A stretch of DNA of 64,000 nucleotides. It comes from a virus. Location of the stretch: IMG/VR virus record IMGVR_UViG_3300027734_000045, positions 32,001 to 96,000 of that record; one strand, written 5' to 3'. The notes beneath the pieces are model-generated. The model ran no database searches. It had not been told where the DNA came from and worked only from the letters and a program-made list of their open reading frames with translations. Below, one piece after another: positions 8,239 through 17,308 of this stretch. Position 1 is the stretch's first letter. Each line of letters opens with the position of its first letter. The position numbers and the translations under genes are program-made.

Positions 8239-8466
8239 ATGACGCAACACGGTTACGACAAAAGAAGCTTTGAATCTGGCCAGCGCGATGGCATTCGCCG
8301 AGGATACAACTCCGCTATCGACAAGATGCTGGCGGAAATAGACAAATGCACGGAGCTCGCTCGGGGAAATAAGAAAGCCACAAAAGAAAACATAAACCCT
8401 CTGACGATTCTTTCGATGCTCCGAGACTTCTGCGTTGACTTGGACCAAAATCTTTACGAAGAGTAG
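8239..8466 (+). CDS. Hypothetical protein
   Basis: SD AAGGA. Confidence 0.65.
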   Translation: MTQHGYDKRSFESGQRDGIRRGYNSAIDKMLAEIDKCTELARGNKKATKENINPLTILSMLRDFCVDLDQNLYEE

Positions 8467-8493
8467 ACTTTTGGGCTAAATGCCTGGTATAAT
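8465..8493 (+). promoter_or_regulatory. Promoter variant
   Basis: CCTGGTATAAT at 8483-8493. Confidence 0.6.
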
Positions 8494-8537
8494 AAACTTG
8501 CGATTCACAATTTACACCTCAAAAAAGGAATGATACA

Positions 8538-8816
8538 ATGAGAACTGACCAAAAGCTAGAAGTGTTAGCGGTTGATTGCCACAGAAACGGAATCGACGGC
8601 TTGCCATTCAAGGTCGCTATCGTTTACGATTCTTTTTACGGAGATAAGAAACTTGTAGTGATGTTTGAAGAAAAGAACGCTACCGCGGTGTTCAGTCTCG
8701 ATAAACTAATTGCGGAAGCGGACATAAAAAGCATCTCTAACTCTTGGCGCGGAGACATTTACGACGAAGCTCTAAGAAAAGAGCTTTGGCCAAAAGAGAG
8801 TGAGAAAAATGCTTGA
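8538..8816 (+). CDS. Hypothetical phage protein (HRNGI...NSWRGD)
   Basis: SD AAGGA; ORF. Confidence 0.7.
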   Translation: MRTDQKLEVLAVDCHRNGIDGLPFKVAIVYDSFYGDKKLVVMFEEKNATAVFSLDKLIAEADIKSISNSWRGDIYDEALRKELWPKESEKNA

Positions 8817-9018
8817 AATTCTAGGAATACTCATCATAGTAGTCGGCGTCGTTCTTTTAGTGTGCCTTGTCGCAGCAGGATTCTTGATTCTTATGGGAAC
8901 TGTTGCCGGTTTAGACATCTACGACCACGATGAAATCGAAGAAAACGAACCGACTGCTCTTCTCGGAGTAGTTTCGCCAAAAAACCATTCAAATTCAAAA
9001 GGAGACATCAATGCTTAA
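8809..9018 (+). CDS. Single-pass membrane protein (start revised to 8809)
   Basis: Long N-terminal hydrophobic stretch; overlaps upstream stop. Confidence 0.65.
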   Translation: MLEILGILIIVVGVVLLVCLVAAGFLILMGTVAGLDIYDHDEIEENEPTALLGVVSPKNHSNSKGDINA

Positions 9019-9184
9019 ACTACTTATCGCCCGCTTACGCGAGCTCGTTTGGCCAGCGGTCATTTCCGTGCTACTAATCGCGGTGTCCTTGGTCATCGTC
9101 GTAGTTTCTCCCGGGTTCTCAACTGGGGCAGGAGTCTTTGCCTTGGCTGGAATTGGGTTCGCAATCCTGGCTCAGAGGGCCTAA
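9011..9184 (+). CDS. Small two-TM membrane protein (57 aa, MLKLLIARLRELVWP...), not in ORF track
   Basis: SD AAGGAG, ATG at 9011, TAA at 9182-9184; two hydrophobic segments. Confidence 0.7.
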   Translation: MLKLLIARLRELVWPAVISVLLIAVSLVIVVVSPGFSTGAGVFALAGIGFAILAQRA

Positions 9185-9242
9185 AAAATAGTTCAAAAAT
9201 CTTTGCAAATGTGCAGCTTTCTGCTCTAAAACCTGTTATAAT
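9183..9242 (+). promoter_or_regulatory. Phage early promoter copy
   Basis: AAAAATCTTTGCAAATGTGCAG...CCTGTTATAAT. Confidence 0.8.
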
Positions 9243-9281
9243 AAATAAGTAATAAAAAACGAGTTCCTTTAGGAGGAAATT

Positions 9282-9836
9282 ATGGCAGATACAATGATTC
9301 AAGCAACCGGACCTCAGGTCAACTTTGTGAAGGTTCTTTTGGCAGAACGAGTAATCGATGACGTAGACTGGGCAGAAGAGATTGCGGCAAAAATCGACGA
9401 AAACAAACTAAGCAAAAAAGATGCAAGTCAGGTAATTGACAAGTTGATAAACGCGAAGAGAATCCCGAAAGACCCTGTACTTCAGAGCGTTCTTTCTTCA
9501 ATTCCAAAATCAAAGTACGCAATCCCGACTTCAGAACTTGACGTCTTCGTAGAAGAAAAAGTAAACGGAGACTTGTTGTTCGTCGAAGTCAAAGAGTACA
9601 TGAACATACTTTACATGAGAAAACTTCTCGGTGCACCTGGCGGATTCACAAGAACCAAGCTTTCAGTTTCTGACGTGAAAGAAATCGTAAACATCATCGC
9701 TGCAGACCCTGTAAAGTACGCGAGAATCTTCGGTGAACACTACAGCTGCTGCGGTAAGTGTGGAGCAGAGTTGACAGACCCGATAAGCAGAAAACTGCAG
9801 TTCGGACCAACATGTCGAGCAGAGTTTGGACTGTAA
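9282..9836 (+). CDS. Protein with C-terminal DUF6011-like Zn ribbon
   Basis: CGKCGAELTDPISRKLQFGPTC; SD AGGAGG. Confidence 0.75.
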   Translation: MADTMIQATGPQVNFVKVLLAERVIDDVDWAEEIAAKIDENKLSKKDASQVIDKLINAKRIPKDPVLQSVLSSIPKSKYAIPTSELDVFVEEKVNGDLLFVEVKEYMNILYMRKLLGAPGGFTRTKLSVSDVKEIVNIIAADPVKYARIFGEHYSCCGKCGAELTDPISRKLQFGPTCRAEFGL

Positions 9837-9898
9837 AGTCCAAATTCTCGCTTCGGCGAAAGCAAAAACCAAATGACAAAAAGAAAGCGAGGTAGCTC

Positions 9899-10339
9899 AT
9901 GTGGCTATTTACGGAAACCGGATTCATGAGTGCTGTGAGACATCGAACGTCTCCAGACAACCTAGTAGTTAGAGCAAGAGACAGACAGTCTCTACTCGAG
10001 CTTTCGGAGTTCTCTAAAGAAGAGATACAGTTTACTCCGTATGCCGACTATCCATACAGAGTCATCGTTCACGAGAAGCAACTAAGAACTTTTATGGACG
10101 ACGCTCTTAAAAATCTGAAGTACGATAACTTCAAGAGTAGAGTTCAGAAGACTCGCGGACTACAGTTCGTCGATGCTCTGCAGGATGTCTGGGCAACAAT
10201 GCACAAAGTCGAAGACTTAGAGTCTGCAAACCGCTGGGAAAAGTATCCGGTGGAAGAGACTCTTCCTGGATTCGACGATTCACCAGACCCTTACGATTAC
10301 GATTCATTTCCAGACTGGGAGCCGGATGAAAAGTCCTAA
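9899..10339 (+). CDS. Hypothetical phage protein (MWLFT..GF.S.V; DYPYR; YDNFK)
   Basis: ORF with SD GAGGT. Confidence 0.7.
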   Translation: MWLFTETGFMSAVRHRTSPDNLVVRARDRQSLLELSEFSKEEIQFTPYADYPYRVIVHEKQLRTFMDDALKNLKYDNFKSRVQKTRGLQFVDALQDVWATMHKVEDLESANRWEKYPVEETLPGFDDSPDPYDYDSFPDWEPDEKS

Positions 10340-10907
10340 AGTAGCGGCTGCGTTGGTGCTTGCGTTTGCTTTTGTAAGCGCAGGTATTCAACCAACTGTT
10401 CCGCAAGAAATAAAAATCGTGCAACAAAAAGAAAAAGAAAAAGAAAAAGAAAAAGTCTCCCCGGTGGAGAAGTTTCGAAACGCAAAGAAGCTAAACGGAA
10501 TCCAACTCGCGGCAATTTTAGCGCACGTTGGGTTTCGCGGGAACTCGCACAAAATCGCTTGGGCTCTTGCAATGAGAGAATCTCACGGGAACCCGTTATC
10601 ACACAACCGCAACGCTGCTACGGCTGATGACTCGTATGGGCTCTTTCAAATAAACATGCGTGGATACCTGGGTAAGGCAAGAAGAGTGACTTACGGGCTC
10701 TCTAGGGACTCTAAACTGTTCGACCCGTTGACTAATGCGTGGGTAGCGTATCGGATGAGTAAAGGGGGCAGAGACTTTGGTCCCTGGGGCATAGGCCCGA
10801 ACGCCTACAGAGCGAACCGGGGAATCGGAACCATCTCTAAGCATTTTGCGTCTTATCCTGGGTATCCAAAGACAAAAACGGTACACAGCGGTAAGAAATC
10901 CAAATAA
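10326..10907 (+). CDS. Secreted SLT/lysozyme-like transglycosylase
   Basis: N-terminal signal/TM; AMRESHGN (catalytic Glu), SYGLFQIN, LFDPLTN, FGPW. Confidence 0.85.
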   Translation: MKSPKVAAALVLAFAFVSAGIQPTVPQEIKIVQQKEKEKEKEKVSPVEKFRNAKKLNGIQLAAILAHVGFRGNSHKIAWALAMRESHGNPLSHNRNAATADDSYGLFQINMRGYLGKARRVTYGLSRDSKLFDPLTNAWVAYRMSKGGRDFGPWGIGPNAYRANRGIGTISKHFASYPGYPKTKTVHSGKKSK

Positions 10908-10937
10908 AATCTTACAAAATCAAGTTTTGGAGAAAAA

Positions 10938-11495
10938 ATGTCTGAAGAAATCGTAAACCCTGAAGAAAACATCACCCCGGAAGACACTTCAGCCCCCGAA
11001 GAGAGCCAAGAGCCGGAAGTCCAGGTGGATACCCCGGAAATCCGTGAAGAGGCTGTCACCCCGGAAGAGAGGCCAGTTGCGACCCCGATTCCGGCTCCAA
11101 TCCGGGTCTCCGTTCCGGAAAAACCAAAGCAGGAGAAGAAAATTGCAGTTCCTGTTGCGGTAAGTGCTGAAGAAATAGAAAAAGTAGTAGAGAAATCTAC
11201 AAATTCGGTGATTGTTGGAACAGGCGACAAGGACGAAGTTAAGTTGTCGGCAATAGTCTACAAAAACTTTCAGTCAACTCGTTCTGTGAGCGTTTTCCAC
11301 GTTCAAAGAAGACTTTACGAACTTGGATACCAGGATTCTGCTTCAGACAGAAGAGGCTTTTTCGGAGACAACACAAAAAACGCACTCACCTACTTTCAAA
11401 GTGCAAATGGCTTAGAAGCAAGTGGACTTCCGAACGCTGAAACTCTAACTCTTCTCTTCACCGGAGACGAAAACGTTTCTCTAACTTTAGACTAA
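10938..11495 (+). CDS. Protein with C-terminal peptidoglycan-binding domain and Glu/Pro-rich N-terminus
   Basis: VQRRLYELGY...GFFGDNTKNALTYFQSANGLEASG. Confidence 0.8.
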   Translation: MSEEIVNPEENITPEDTSAPEESQEPEVQVDTPEIREEAVTPEERPVATPIPAPIRVSVPEKPKQEKKIAVPVAVSAEEIEKVVEKSTNSVIVGTGDKDEVKLSAIVYKNFQSTRSVSVFHVQRRLYELGYQDSASDRRGFFGDNTKNALTYFQSANGLEASGLPNAETLTLLFTGDENVSLTLD

Positions 11496-11515
11496 GAGAT
11501 TCTTCTATCCCGATT

Positions 11516-11572
11516 ATTATTATACCATACTTTTAGCTAAAAGTTTCTCTATTTATCAAACAGTTATAAAAC
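11516..11572 (-). promoter_or_regulatory. Minus-strand promoter copy with no downstream ORF (antisense)
   Basis: 27 bp at 11516-11542 identical to 13924-13950; reads TATGGTATAAT on the minus strand. Confidence 0.6.
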
Positions 11573-11609
11573 TTACTGTTTTTAGTCTACGGTATACAAT
11601 TGCATCATC

Positions 11610-12188
11610 ATGAATGCGATTACAAAACAAAATCACAAGCTTCCAACGACTGTAGCTTTCGTCTTCAAAGAAATCGCCACAACGCGAGAGCTAAGAGACA
11701 ACTACATCTCTGTTCTTAGAGAAAATGAATGGACTTTACAGTCGATTGCAGATTGCTGCGAACTCACTAGGGAGAGAGTCAGACAGCTTGCTTCTCGGAA
11801 ATCAGACCCCGGAGTAGTCTCCGAACTCATTCGCCTTGGGGCTGTGATTCCGACTCCACCGGAGAAACCTAAACGGGAAGTTGCCTTCAAGCCGGAAATA
11901 AAACCGGAGACCCTAGAGAAATTGCTAGAACTTCAGCCGCTTGCGCAACAAGTTCGCTCAAATAGCACGAAGTTCCGGGAAGAAGCTGAAGTCTACACGG
12001 CTCTTTTGTTTGACGCGTATAAAAACCAGGGAGTTTCTCTGTATCGGCTTGCAAAACTTCTCGGAGTTACTCATGGGGCGATAAGATTTAGGCTGGCGAG
12101 ATACGGATACATAAAACCTCAAGGCGGAAGCAGCAAAGTTTACGCTCTCGTAAAATCAGAAAACAGGGTGAAAATCTCAAATGGCTAA
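11610..12188 (+). CDS. Double helix-turn-helix DNA-binding protein; candidate terminase small subunit
   Basis: WTLQSIADCCELTRERVRQ and VSLYRLAKLLGVTHGAIRFRL; overlaps terL start. Confidence 0.7.
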   Translation: MNAITKQNHKLPTTVAFVFKEIATTRELRDNYISVLRENEWTLQSIADCCELTRERVRQLASRKSDPGVVSELIRLGAVIPTPPEKPKREVAFKPEIKPETLEKLLELQPLAQQVRSNSTKFREEAEVYTALLFDAYKNQGVSLYRLAKLLGVTHGAIRFRLARYGYIKPQGGSSKVYALVKSENRVKISNG

Positions 12189-13578
12189 AAGCATTATGGA
12201 ACAGTTAGCTCTTTTGCCGGAAGCGGAGAGATTAGAGATTCTTGCGGGCATGGACCCTGATACTTTGCTGTGGGATTGGTCGGTATGGGGAAGACCAGAA
12301 CAGCAAGCGCCTCAGGGTGAGTGGTCTATTTGGATGTATCTAGCCGGAAGAGGCGCGGGAAAAACGAGAGCTGCAGCGGAGTGGATTCGTGAAGAAGCAA
12401 AGTACACTACAACTGGGCAGAGAAGATTCGCCCTCGTTGCGAGAACTGCAGCAGACGTTAGAGATGTCATCGTTGAAGGTGAGTCGGGAATCATTTCCGT
12501 TACTCCGCCTTCCGAACGCCCTCTTTACGAGCCTTCGAAACGTCGACTCACTTGGCCAAATGGAAATACGGCAACTTGCTTCACAGCTGACGAACCTGAT
12601 TCACTCCGTGGACCTCAGTTTACTCACGCTTGGGGAGATGAGGTTGCGGCATGGAGGCAAACTCCGGACGCTGCCGGGATGACTGCTTTCGACAACTTGC
12701 GCGTTGGAACTCGTTTGGGCTCAAATCCAAAAATCATGATAACCACTACACCAAAAAGAGTGCCCTTGCTCTATCAGCTTTTAGAAGAAGAGAGAAAGAC
12801 GGGAAGAGTCGTCGTAACTCGTGGGTCGACTTTGGATAACTCAGGGAACTTATCAAGCTCTTACATCGATGCTATCACAGGAGTTTACGCTGGTACGAGA
12901 CTCGCGGCTCAAGAGCTTTACGGTGAAATGTTAGATAACGTTGAAGGCGCTCTGTGGACTGAAGAAATGATCGATAAAGGAAGAGAAACTGTCTTTCCAA
13001 TTGGATCTCCATTGAGAGTAATCGGTGTCGACCCTTCGGTTGCCGAGAACCCTAGAGACGAATGCGGTATCGTTGTCGTTGCTTCAACTGCAGAAAGAGA
13101 TTTATATAAACGACACGCTTGGGTTTTAGAAGACGCAACGATTCTCGGCTCGCCAGAAACTTGGGCGAATAAAGTAGTCGCCATGGCTCGTAAATGGGGA
13201 TGTCCAGTCGTTGCTGAAGTGAATCAGGGAGGCGCATTAGTTAGAAACGCAATTAACGCAATCGACCCTAACATCAAAGTTTTCGAAGTTCACTCAAAGT
13301 ACGGGAAAGCTCTTCGCGCAGAACCGGTGACTCTTGCTTACGAACAGAACAGAGTTCATCACGTAAACTACTTACCCGAACTTGAATCTCAAATGTATTC
13401 TTGGATTCCGGGAGAAGGAAAGTCTCCAGACCGAGTCGATGCTTTAGTTCACGCGCTTACTGCTCTGCTAATTAAACCACCGCAAGGTTTCGTCGGTGGA
13501 AAGATTACCGCAAAGTCAGTTGCTCACAGAAAGTTCGATACGGGAAGAGGCGGCGGAGGAATCTTCAAAGTTCGCTAA
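12181..13578 (+). CDS. terL: Terminase large subunit
   Basis: Walker A AGRGAGKT, LRGPQF, Walker B AWGDE, TTTP coupling motif, nuclease GVDPS...SPDRVDA. Confidence 0.95.
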   Translation: MAKSIMEQLALLPEAERLEILAGMDPDTLLWDWSVWGRPEQQAPQGEWSIWMYLAGRGAGKTRAAAEWIREEAKYTTTGQRRFALVARTAADVRDVIVEGESGIISVTPPSERPLYEPSKRRLTWPNGNTATCFTADEPDSLRGPQFTHAWGDEVAAWRQTPDAAGMTAFDNLRVGTRLGSNPKIMITTTPKRVPLLYQLLEEERKTGRVVVTRGSTLDNSGNLSSSYIDAITGVYAGTRLAAQELYGEMLDNVEGALWTEEMIDKGRETVFPIGSPLRVIGVDPSVAENPRDECGIVVVASTAERDLYKRHAWVLEDATILGSPETWANKVVAMARKWGCPVVAEVNQGGALVRNAINAIDPNIKVFEVHSKYGKALRAEPVTLAYEQNRVHHVNYLPELESQMYSWIPGEGKSPDRVDALVHALTALLIKPPQGFVGGKITAKSVAHRKFDTGRGGGGIFKVR

Positions 13579-13595
13579 GAGAGATTAAAGAAATC

Positions 13596-13625
13596 GCCCT
13601 CTTTCGAGGGCTTTTTCTTTTTTCT
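13596..13625 (+). terminator. Intrinsic terminator between convergent genes
   Basis: GCCCTC-TTTC-GAGGGC followed by a T-rich tract. Confidence 0.8.
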
Positions 13626-13632
13626 CTTTCGC

Positions 13633-13887
13633 TTACTTATTCGCAGCGATTGCGCATGGGTAAACTTTTACGTCTCGAGACCAAATCCACGGGTCGTCGT
13701 AACCATTCTCTTCGCTCATGTCTTCGTTGAAGTTTTTCTCTGCGGTCGCTAAGTCAACTTCTTCGTAGTAGACATCGCTGAACTTTCTAGCTTTTTGCAA
13801 GTCGCTGCAACCAACTCTGTGGCAAACATCTGTTCCGTCGATTTCTCTGATAACTGCTACTGCTTTTGTGTTTTCGTTTACGTTCAT
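13633..13887 (-). CDS. Cassette gene 1, hypothetical (MNVNENT...)
   Basis: Leader GACAAAAGGAAAACAAATG after promoter; start revised. Confidence 0.75.
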   Translation of the reverse strand: MNVNENTKAVAVIREIDGTDVCHRVGCSDLQKARKFSDVYYEEVDLATAEKNFNEDMSEENGYDDPWIWSRDVKVYPCAIAANK

Positions 13888-13923
13888 TTGTTTTCCTTTT
13901 GTCATTTTGTTTTTGTTTCTAAG

Positions 13924-14000
13924 ATTATTATACCATACTTTTAGCTAAAATACTGCACATTTGCAAAGATTTTTCTATTATTTATCATTTTGTTATAAAG
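13924..14000 (-). promoter_or_regulatory. Cassette promoter 1
   Basis: Minus strand: AAAAATCTTTGCAAATGTGCAG...TATGGTATAAT. Confidence 0.8.
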
Positions 14001-14136
14001 CTGTTTTGCGGTAGATTTGCGGTAGTTTCTCTTCGTTCTCTTCAAGCTTTCTCTCAGCTTTTTCTCTTTTAGAGAAGCTTCTCTTCAAGCTCTCTGCTTC
14101 TCTCAGATTTCTCTTTTTCCTTCCTTCAGCTTGAAC

Positions 14137-14215
<79 letters not shown>

Positions 14216-14227
14216 AAGTTTTCGACT

Positions 14228-14521
14228 TTAGATTTCGGAGACTTTCTTTGCGAAGATTTCATACTCTTCTTTTGAAGTCAAGAATCTCTTTACGCATTCG
14301 TTTCCAAGTCTCTTCACTTTAGCGTCTGCTTGCTCTTCTGCGAACGGAACTAAAGAATCTGTTTTCCAATTCCAACTAACTAACCAACCAGAATCTTCTG
14401 TCATCGCCTTTGCGCAATGTTCGCACCAAGTTTCAAAGTTGTTTTTGTAGTTTCTCTTCATGTTCATTTCGTACTGAGTGTGAGCTCCGAATCCATAACA
14501 CTTGATTTCGTTTACGGTCAT
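14228..14521 (-). CDS. Cassette gene 2, hypothetical with CEHC...GNEC (MTVNEIK...)
   Basis: Leader AAACGACAAAAGGAAAAAGCAAATG; start revised. Confidence 0.75.
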   Translation of the reverse strand: MTVNEIKCYGFGAHTQYEMNMKRNYKNNFETWCEHCAKAMTEDSGWLVSWNWKTDSLVPFAEEQADAKVKRLGNECVKRFLTSKEEYEIFAKKVSEI

Positions 14522-14560
14522 TTGCTTTTTCCTTTTGTCGTTTTGTTTTTTGTTTCTAAG

Positions 14561-14637
14561 ATTATTATAACAGGAACTTAGCAAAATAAACACACTTTAG
14601 CAAAGATTTTTAGACAAGTTATCATTTTGTTATAAAG
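14561..14637 (-). promoter_or_regulatory. Cassette promoter 2
   Basis: Minus strand: AAAAATCTTTGCTAAAGTGTG...CCTGTTATAAT. Confidence 0.8.
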
Positions 14638-14822
14638 TTGATTCCGGCTTGAACTACGGTGAAAGTTCGCACTTCGATGAGAAGTTTTCTACTTTTTCTG
14701 AAGTCTTTCGATTTCAAAAAGTTCTAAGTTTTCTGCGAAAGCAAAAAGCTTGAAGAGAGTAGAGTTGAGATTTCTCTTTTCTTAGATTTCTGAAGTCTTC
14801 AGATTTTTCTTCGTTGAGAGAG

Positions 14823-14860
14823 TTAAAAAGAATCGACCGCATTTCTGTGATCGATTTCTT
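14823..14860 (-). terminator. Cassette terminator
   Basis: Minus strand: AATCGATCACAGAAATGCGGTCGATT then CTTTTTAAC. Confidence 0.75.
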
Positions 14861-14871
14861 CTCGCTTTCGC

Positions 14872-15144
14872 TTATTCCCAAATGCTCGAGAAGTCAGTTC
14901 TCTCTTTTTTGTTCGTCAAGACGATTTCTTGTCGAGTGATTGGATTTTTAGCAATGATTCCGTACTTGTATTTTGCATCTTCTCCAAAGACTTTGACGTT
15001 TGTTTCGATAACTTTGTACTTTGTTGAGAAGTAGAAGACTGTGTCTCCAACTTTCTTTTCTCCAAGTGAGAACATTGCTCTTGCCAACTTGTTTAATTCT
15101 GGATTGCTGTTGTAAAGTACGTTGTCTTTGATTACTTCGTTCAT
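14872..15144 (-). CDS. Cassette gene 3, hypothetical (MNEVIKD...)
   Basis: Leader AAACGACAAAAGGAAAAGCGAATG; start revised. Confidence 0.75.
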   Translation of the reverse strand: MNEVIKDNVLYNSNPELNKLARAMFSLGEKKVGDTVFYFSTKYKVIETNVKVFGEDAKYKYGIIAKNPITRQEIVLTNKKERTDFSSIWE

Positions 15145-15183
15145 TCGCTTTTCCTTTTGTCGTTTATTTATTTTTGGTACATA

Positions 15184-15258
15184 ATCATTATAACATGAAC
15201 TTAGCAAAAATACTGCACATTTAGCAAAGATTTTCTACTTGTTATCATTTTGTTATAA
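15184..15258 (-). promoter_or_regulatory. Cassette promoter 3
   Basis: Minus strand: AAAATCTTTGCTAAATGTGCAG...CATGTTATAAT. Confidence 0.8.
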
Positions 15259-15300
15259 TCACTATTCCGGCTTGAACTACGGTGAAAGTTTGCGGTAAAA

Positions 15301-16120
15301 GCTCACACTCTCTGAAGTTTCTGAAGTTTCTGAAGTTTCTGAAGTCTTCAGATTTCGCTTTCACTTTTGAGCTCTCTGTCGAAAGCAAAGTTGCGATTTT
15401 GAGTTCTCTGTCGAAAGCTGAGATTTTGTTTAGAGCTCTCAATCGAAAGCTGAGATTCATTTTTCTCTCTCTGTCGATTTCTTAGTTTCGATTTAGATCT
15501 CTTTATCAAAAGTAGAGATTCGATTTCTGAAGTCTTTAGAGTTCTTTAGATTTCTTTCGATTTCTTAGAAGTTTCTAAAGTCTTCAGATTTTCGATTTTG
15601 TTTTTAGATTTCTCTTTCGATTTCTGAAGTCTTTAGATTCTTTAGATTCTTTAGAAGATTTTCTAAGTTTTCTAAAGTTTTCTGAAGTTTCTAAAGTTCT
15701 CTGAAGTTTTTCTTTCGCTACTAAAGTTCTCTGAAGTTTCTAAAGTTCTCTAAAGTCTTTCGATTTCTTAGAAGTTTCTAAAGTCTTTCGATTTCTCTTT
15801 CGATTTCTGAAGTCTTTCGATTTCTGCTTTTCTCTTTTGACTTCTCTTTTGATTTCTGAAGTTTTTAGATTTCTTCAAAGTCTCTGAAGTCTTTAGATTC
15901 GTTTAGTTGATTGCGGTAAATGATTGCGGTGAATTCGAACTCTCTTCAAAGTTTCTGAAGTCTTTCGATTTCTGAAGTCTTCAGATTTTTGATTTTAGTT
16001 TTTCGATTTCTGAAGTCTTCAGATTTCTTTCGCAACTTTAGATTTCTTTAGATTTCTTTCGCAACTTTAGATTTCTTTCGCAACTTTAGATTTCTGTTTT
16101 TCTTTTTCTCTTTCTCTTTA
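15301..16120. repeat. Low-complexity degenerate repeat tract (TCTGAAG, GATTTCT, AAGTCTTT, TTCTAAAG words)
   Basis: 9-bp tandem from 15311; palindrome TCTGAAGTCTTCAGA at 15338, 15971, 16009; 19-bp unit three times at 16021-16087. Confidence 0.85.
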
Positions 16121-16123
16121 GAG

Positions 16124-16157
16124 TTAAGAAAGAAGCGACCGTTTTTCAACGATCGCA
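16124..16157 (-). terminator. Cassette terminator
   Basis: Minus strand: GCGATCGTT-GAAA-AACGGTCGC then TTCTTTCTTAAC. Confidence 0.7.
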
Positions 16158-16180
16158 ACTTTTGTTGAGTGATTTCTTAC

Positions 16181-16426
16181 TTACACAACGTAAGCAAGAA
16201 CGTATCCACCATTCAATTTCTCTTGAACTTTTTCTTGAGCGATTGAAAGTGCACTTTGGTTTGAGTAAGCGTTTACAACTTTGTTCTGTCTCTGTGATTT
16301 CTCTGCCATTCCCCAAGACATTGAAACTTTATTATCAACAACGATTACTTCATAGATTTTCTTCTTGCCATTTAGTCCACGGTTTCCGTCACTGACCTTT
16401 AGTAGACACCATTTCTTTTCGTTCAT
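16181..16426 (-). CDS. Cassette gene 4, WGR-domain-like protein (MNEKKWC...)
   Basis: KIYEV...VSMSWGM...Q...A...EKVQEKLNGGY matches the WGR pattern, with WGM in place of WGR. Confidence 0.7.
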   Translation of the reverse strand: MNEKKWCLLKVSDGNRGLNGKKKIYEVIVVDNKVSMSWGMAEKSQRQNKVVNAYSNQSALSIAQEKVQEKLNGGYVLAYVV

Positions 16427-16473
16427 TTTTTTCCTTTTGTCGTTTTGTCGTTTATTTATTTTTGGTACATAAT

Positions 16474-16547
16474 CATTATACACTATTTTTAGCAAAATAG
16501 CTGCACTTTAGCAAAGATTTTTGCTAAGTTATCACTTTGTTATAAAG
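16474..16547 (-). promoter_or_regulatory. Cassette promoter 4
   Basis: Minus strand: AAAAATCTTTGCTAAAGTGCAG...GTGTATAAT. Confidence 0.75.
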
Positions 16548-16729
16548 AGTTATTTTGCGGTGATTTGCGGTGATTTCTTGATTTTTCTCGTATTTTTGAA
16601 CAAATGTTCAGGTCGCTAAGATTCATTATAATCAACTGTCTTTTGTTCTTGACTTTGATTTCTCTTTGTCATTTTGTGGAGCAATTCTGGGCGACATGAC
16701 AAAAGGGCACAAAAAGCTACAATGAGCGC

Positions 16730-17165
16730 AAAGTCTCTTCTTTTCTCAATTTCTCACTTTCTTCGCACTCTCTCACTCTCACTCACTTTCGTCGACTTTC
16801 TCTTCTTTTCTCTCGCTCTCGCTTTCTCTCACTCTCTCACTCTCACTTTCTCTCGCTATTTTTCTCTCGCTCTCGCTCTCGCTCTCTTCTTCTCTCACTT
16901 TGGCTCACACAAAAGCTCACGCAAAAGCGAAAGACTTTTCGACTTCTCGCTCTCTTCTTCTCTCACTCTAAGCGCTTTCATGAGCTTCTTTTTTCTTTAG
17001 AGAGTCTCGGCTGTGTGGAGTGAGCGCAGTTATAAAAATGTTATCATTAGAGTTGTGTGGAGTGAGAGAAGTCGTGTGATTGTGTGGTGTGGAGTGTAAT
17101 GAGAAAGTTATAATTGGTCGGTTTGGTGATTCGGGTCTCTGTTTGGGTCGGTTTGGTGATTCGGT
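16730..17165. repeat. Pyrimidine-rich CTCTCA/CTCTCG repeats followed by GT-rich repeats
   Basis: CTCTCGCT/CTCTCACT runs; GTGTGGAGTG three times; GGTCGGTTTGGTGATTCGG twice. Confidence 0.75.
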
Positions 17166-17308
17166 GGAGACGTTTTCAAGAAGCTCACACACTAACCGCA
17201 ACCCTCTCTTTCACCAAAGACACCTAACCTTACTGTACTGCTTCCTCTCCTCTGTACACAACCTCTCCGCCGTAGTCAGTTGTACACTCGCATGATACAG
17301 TATCTCGC

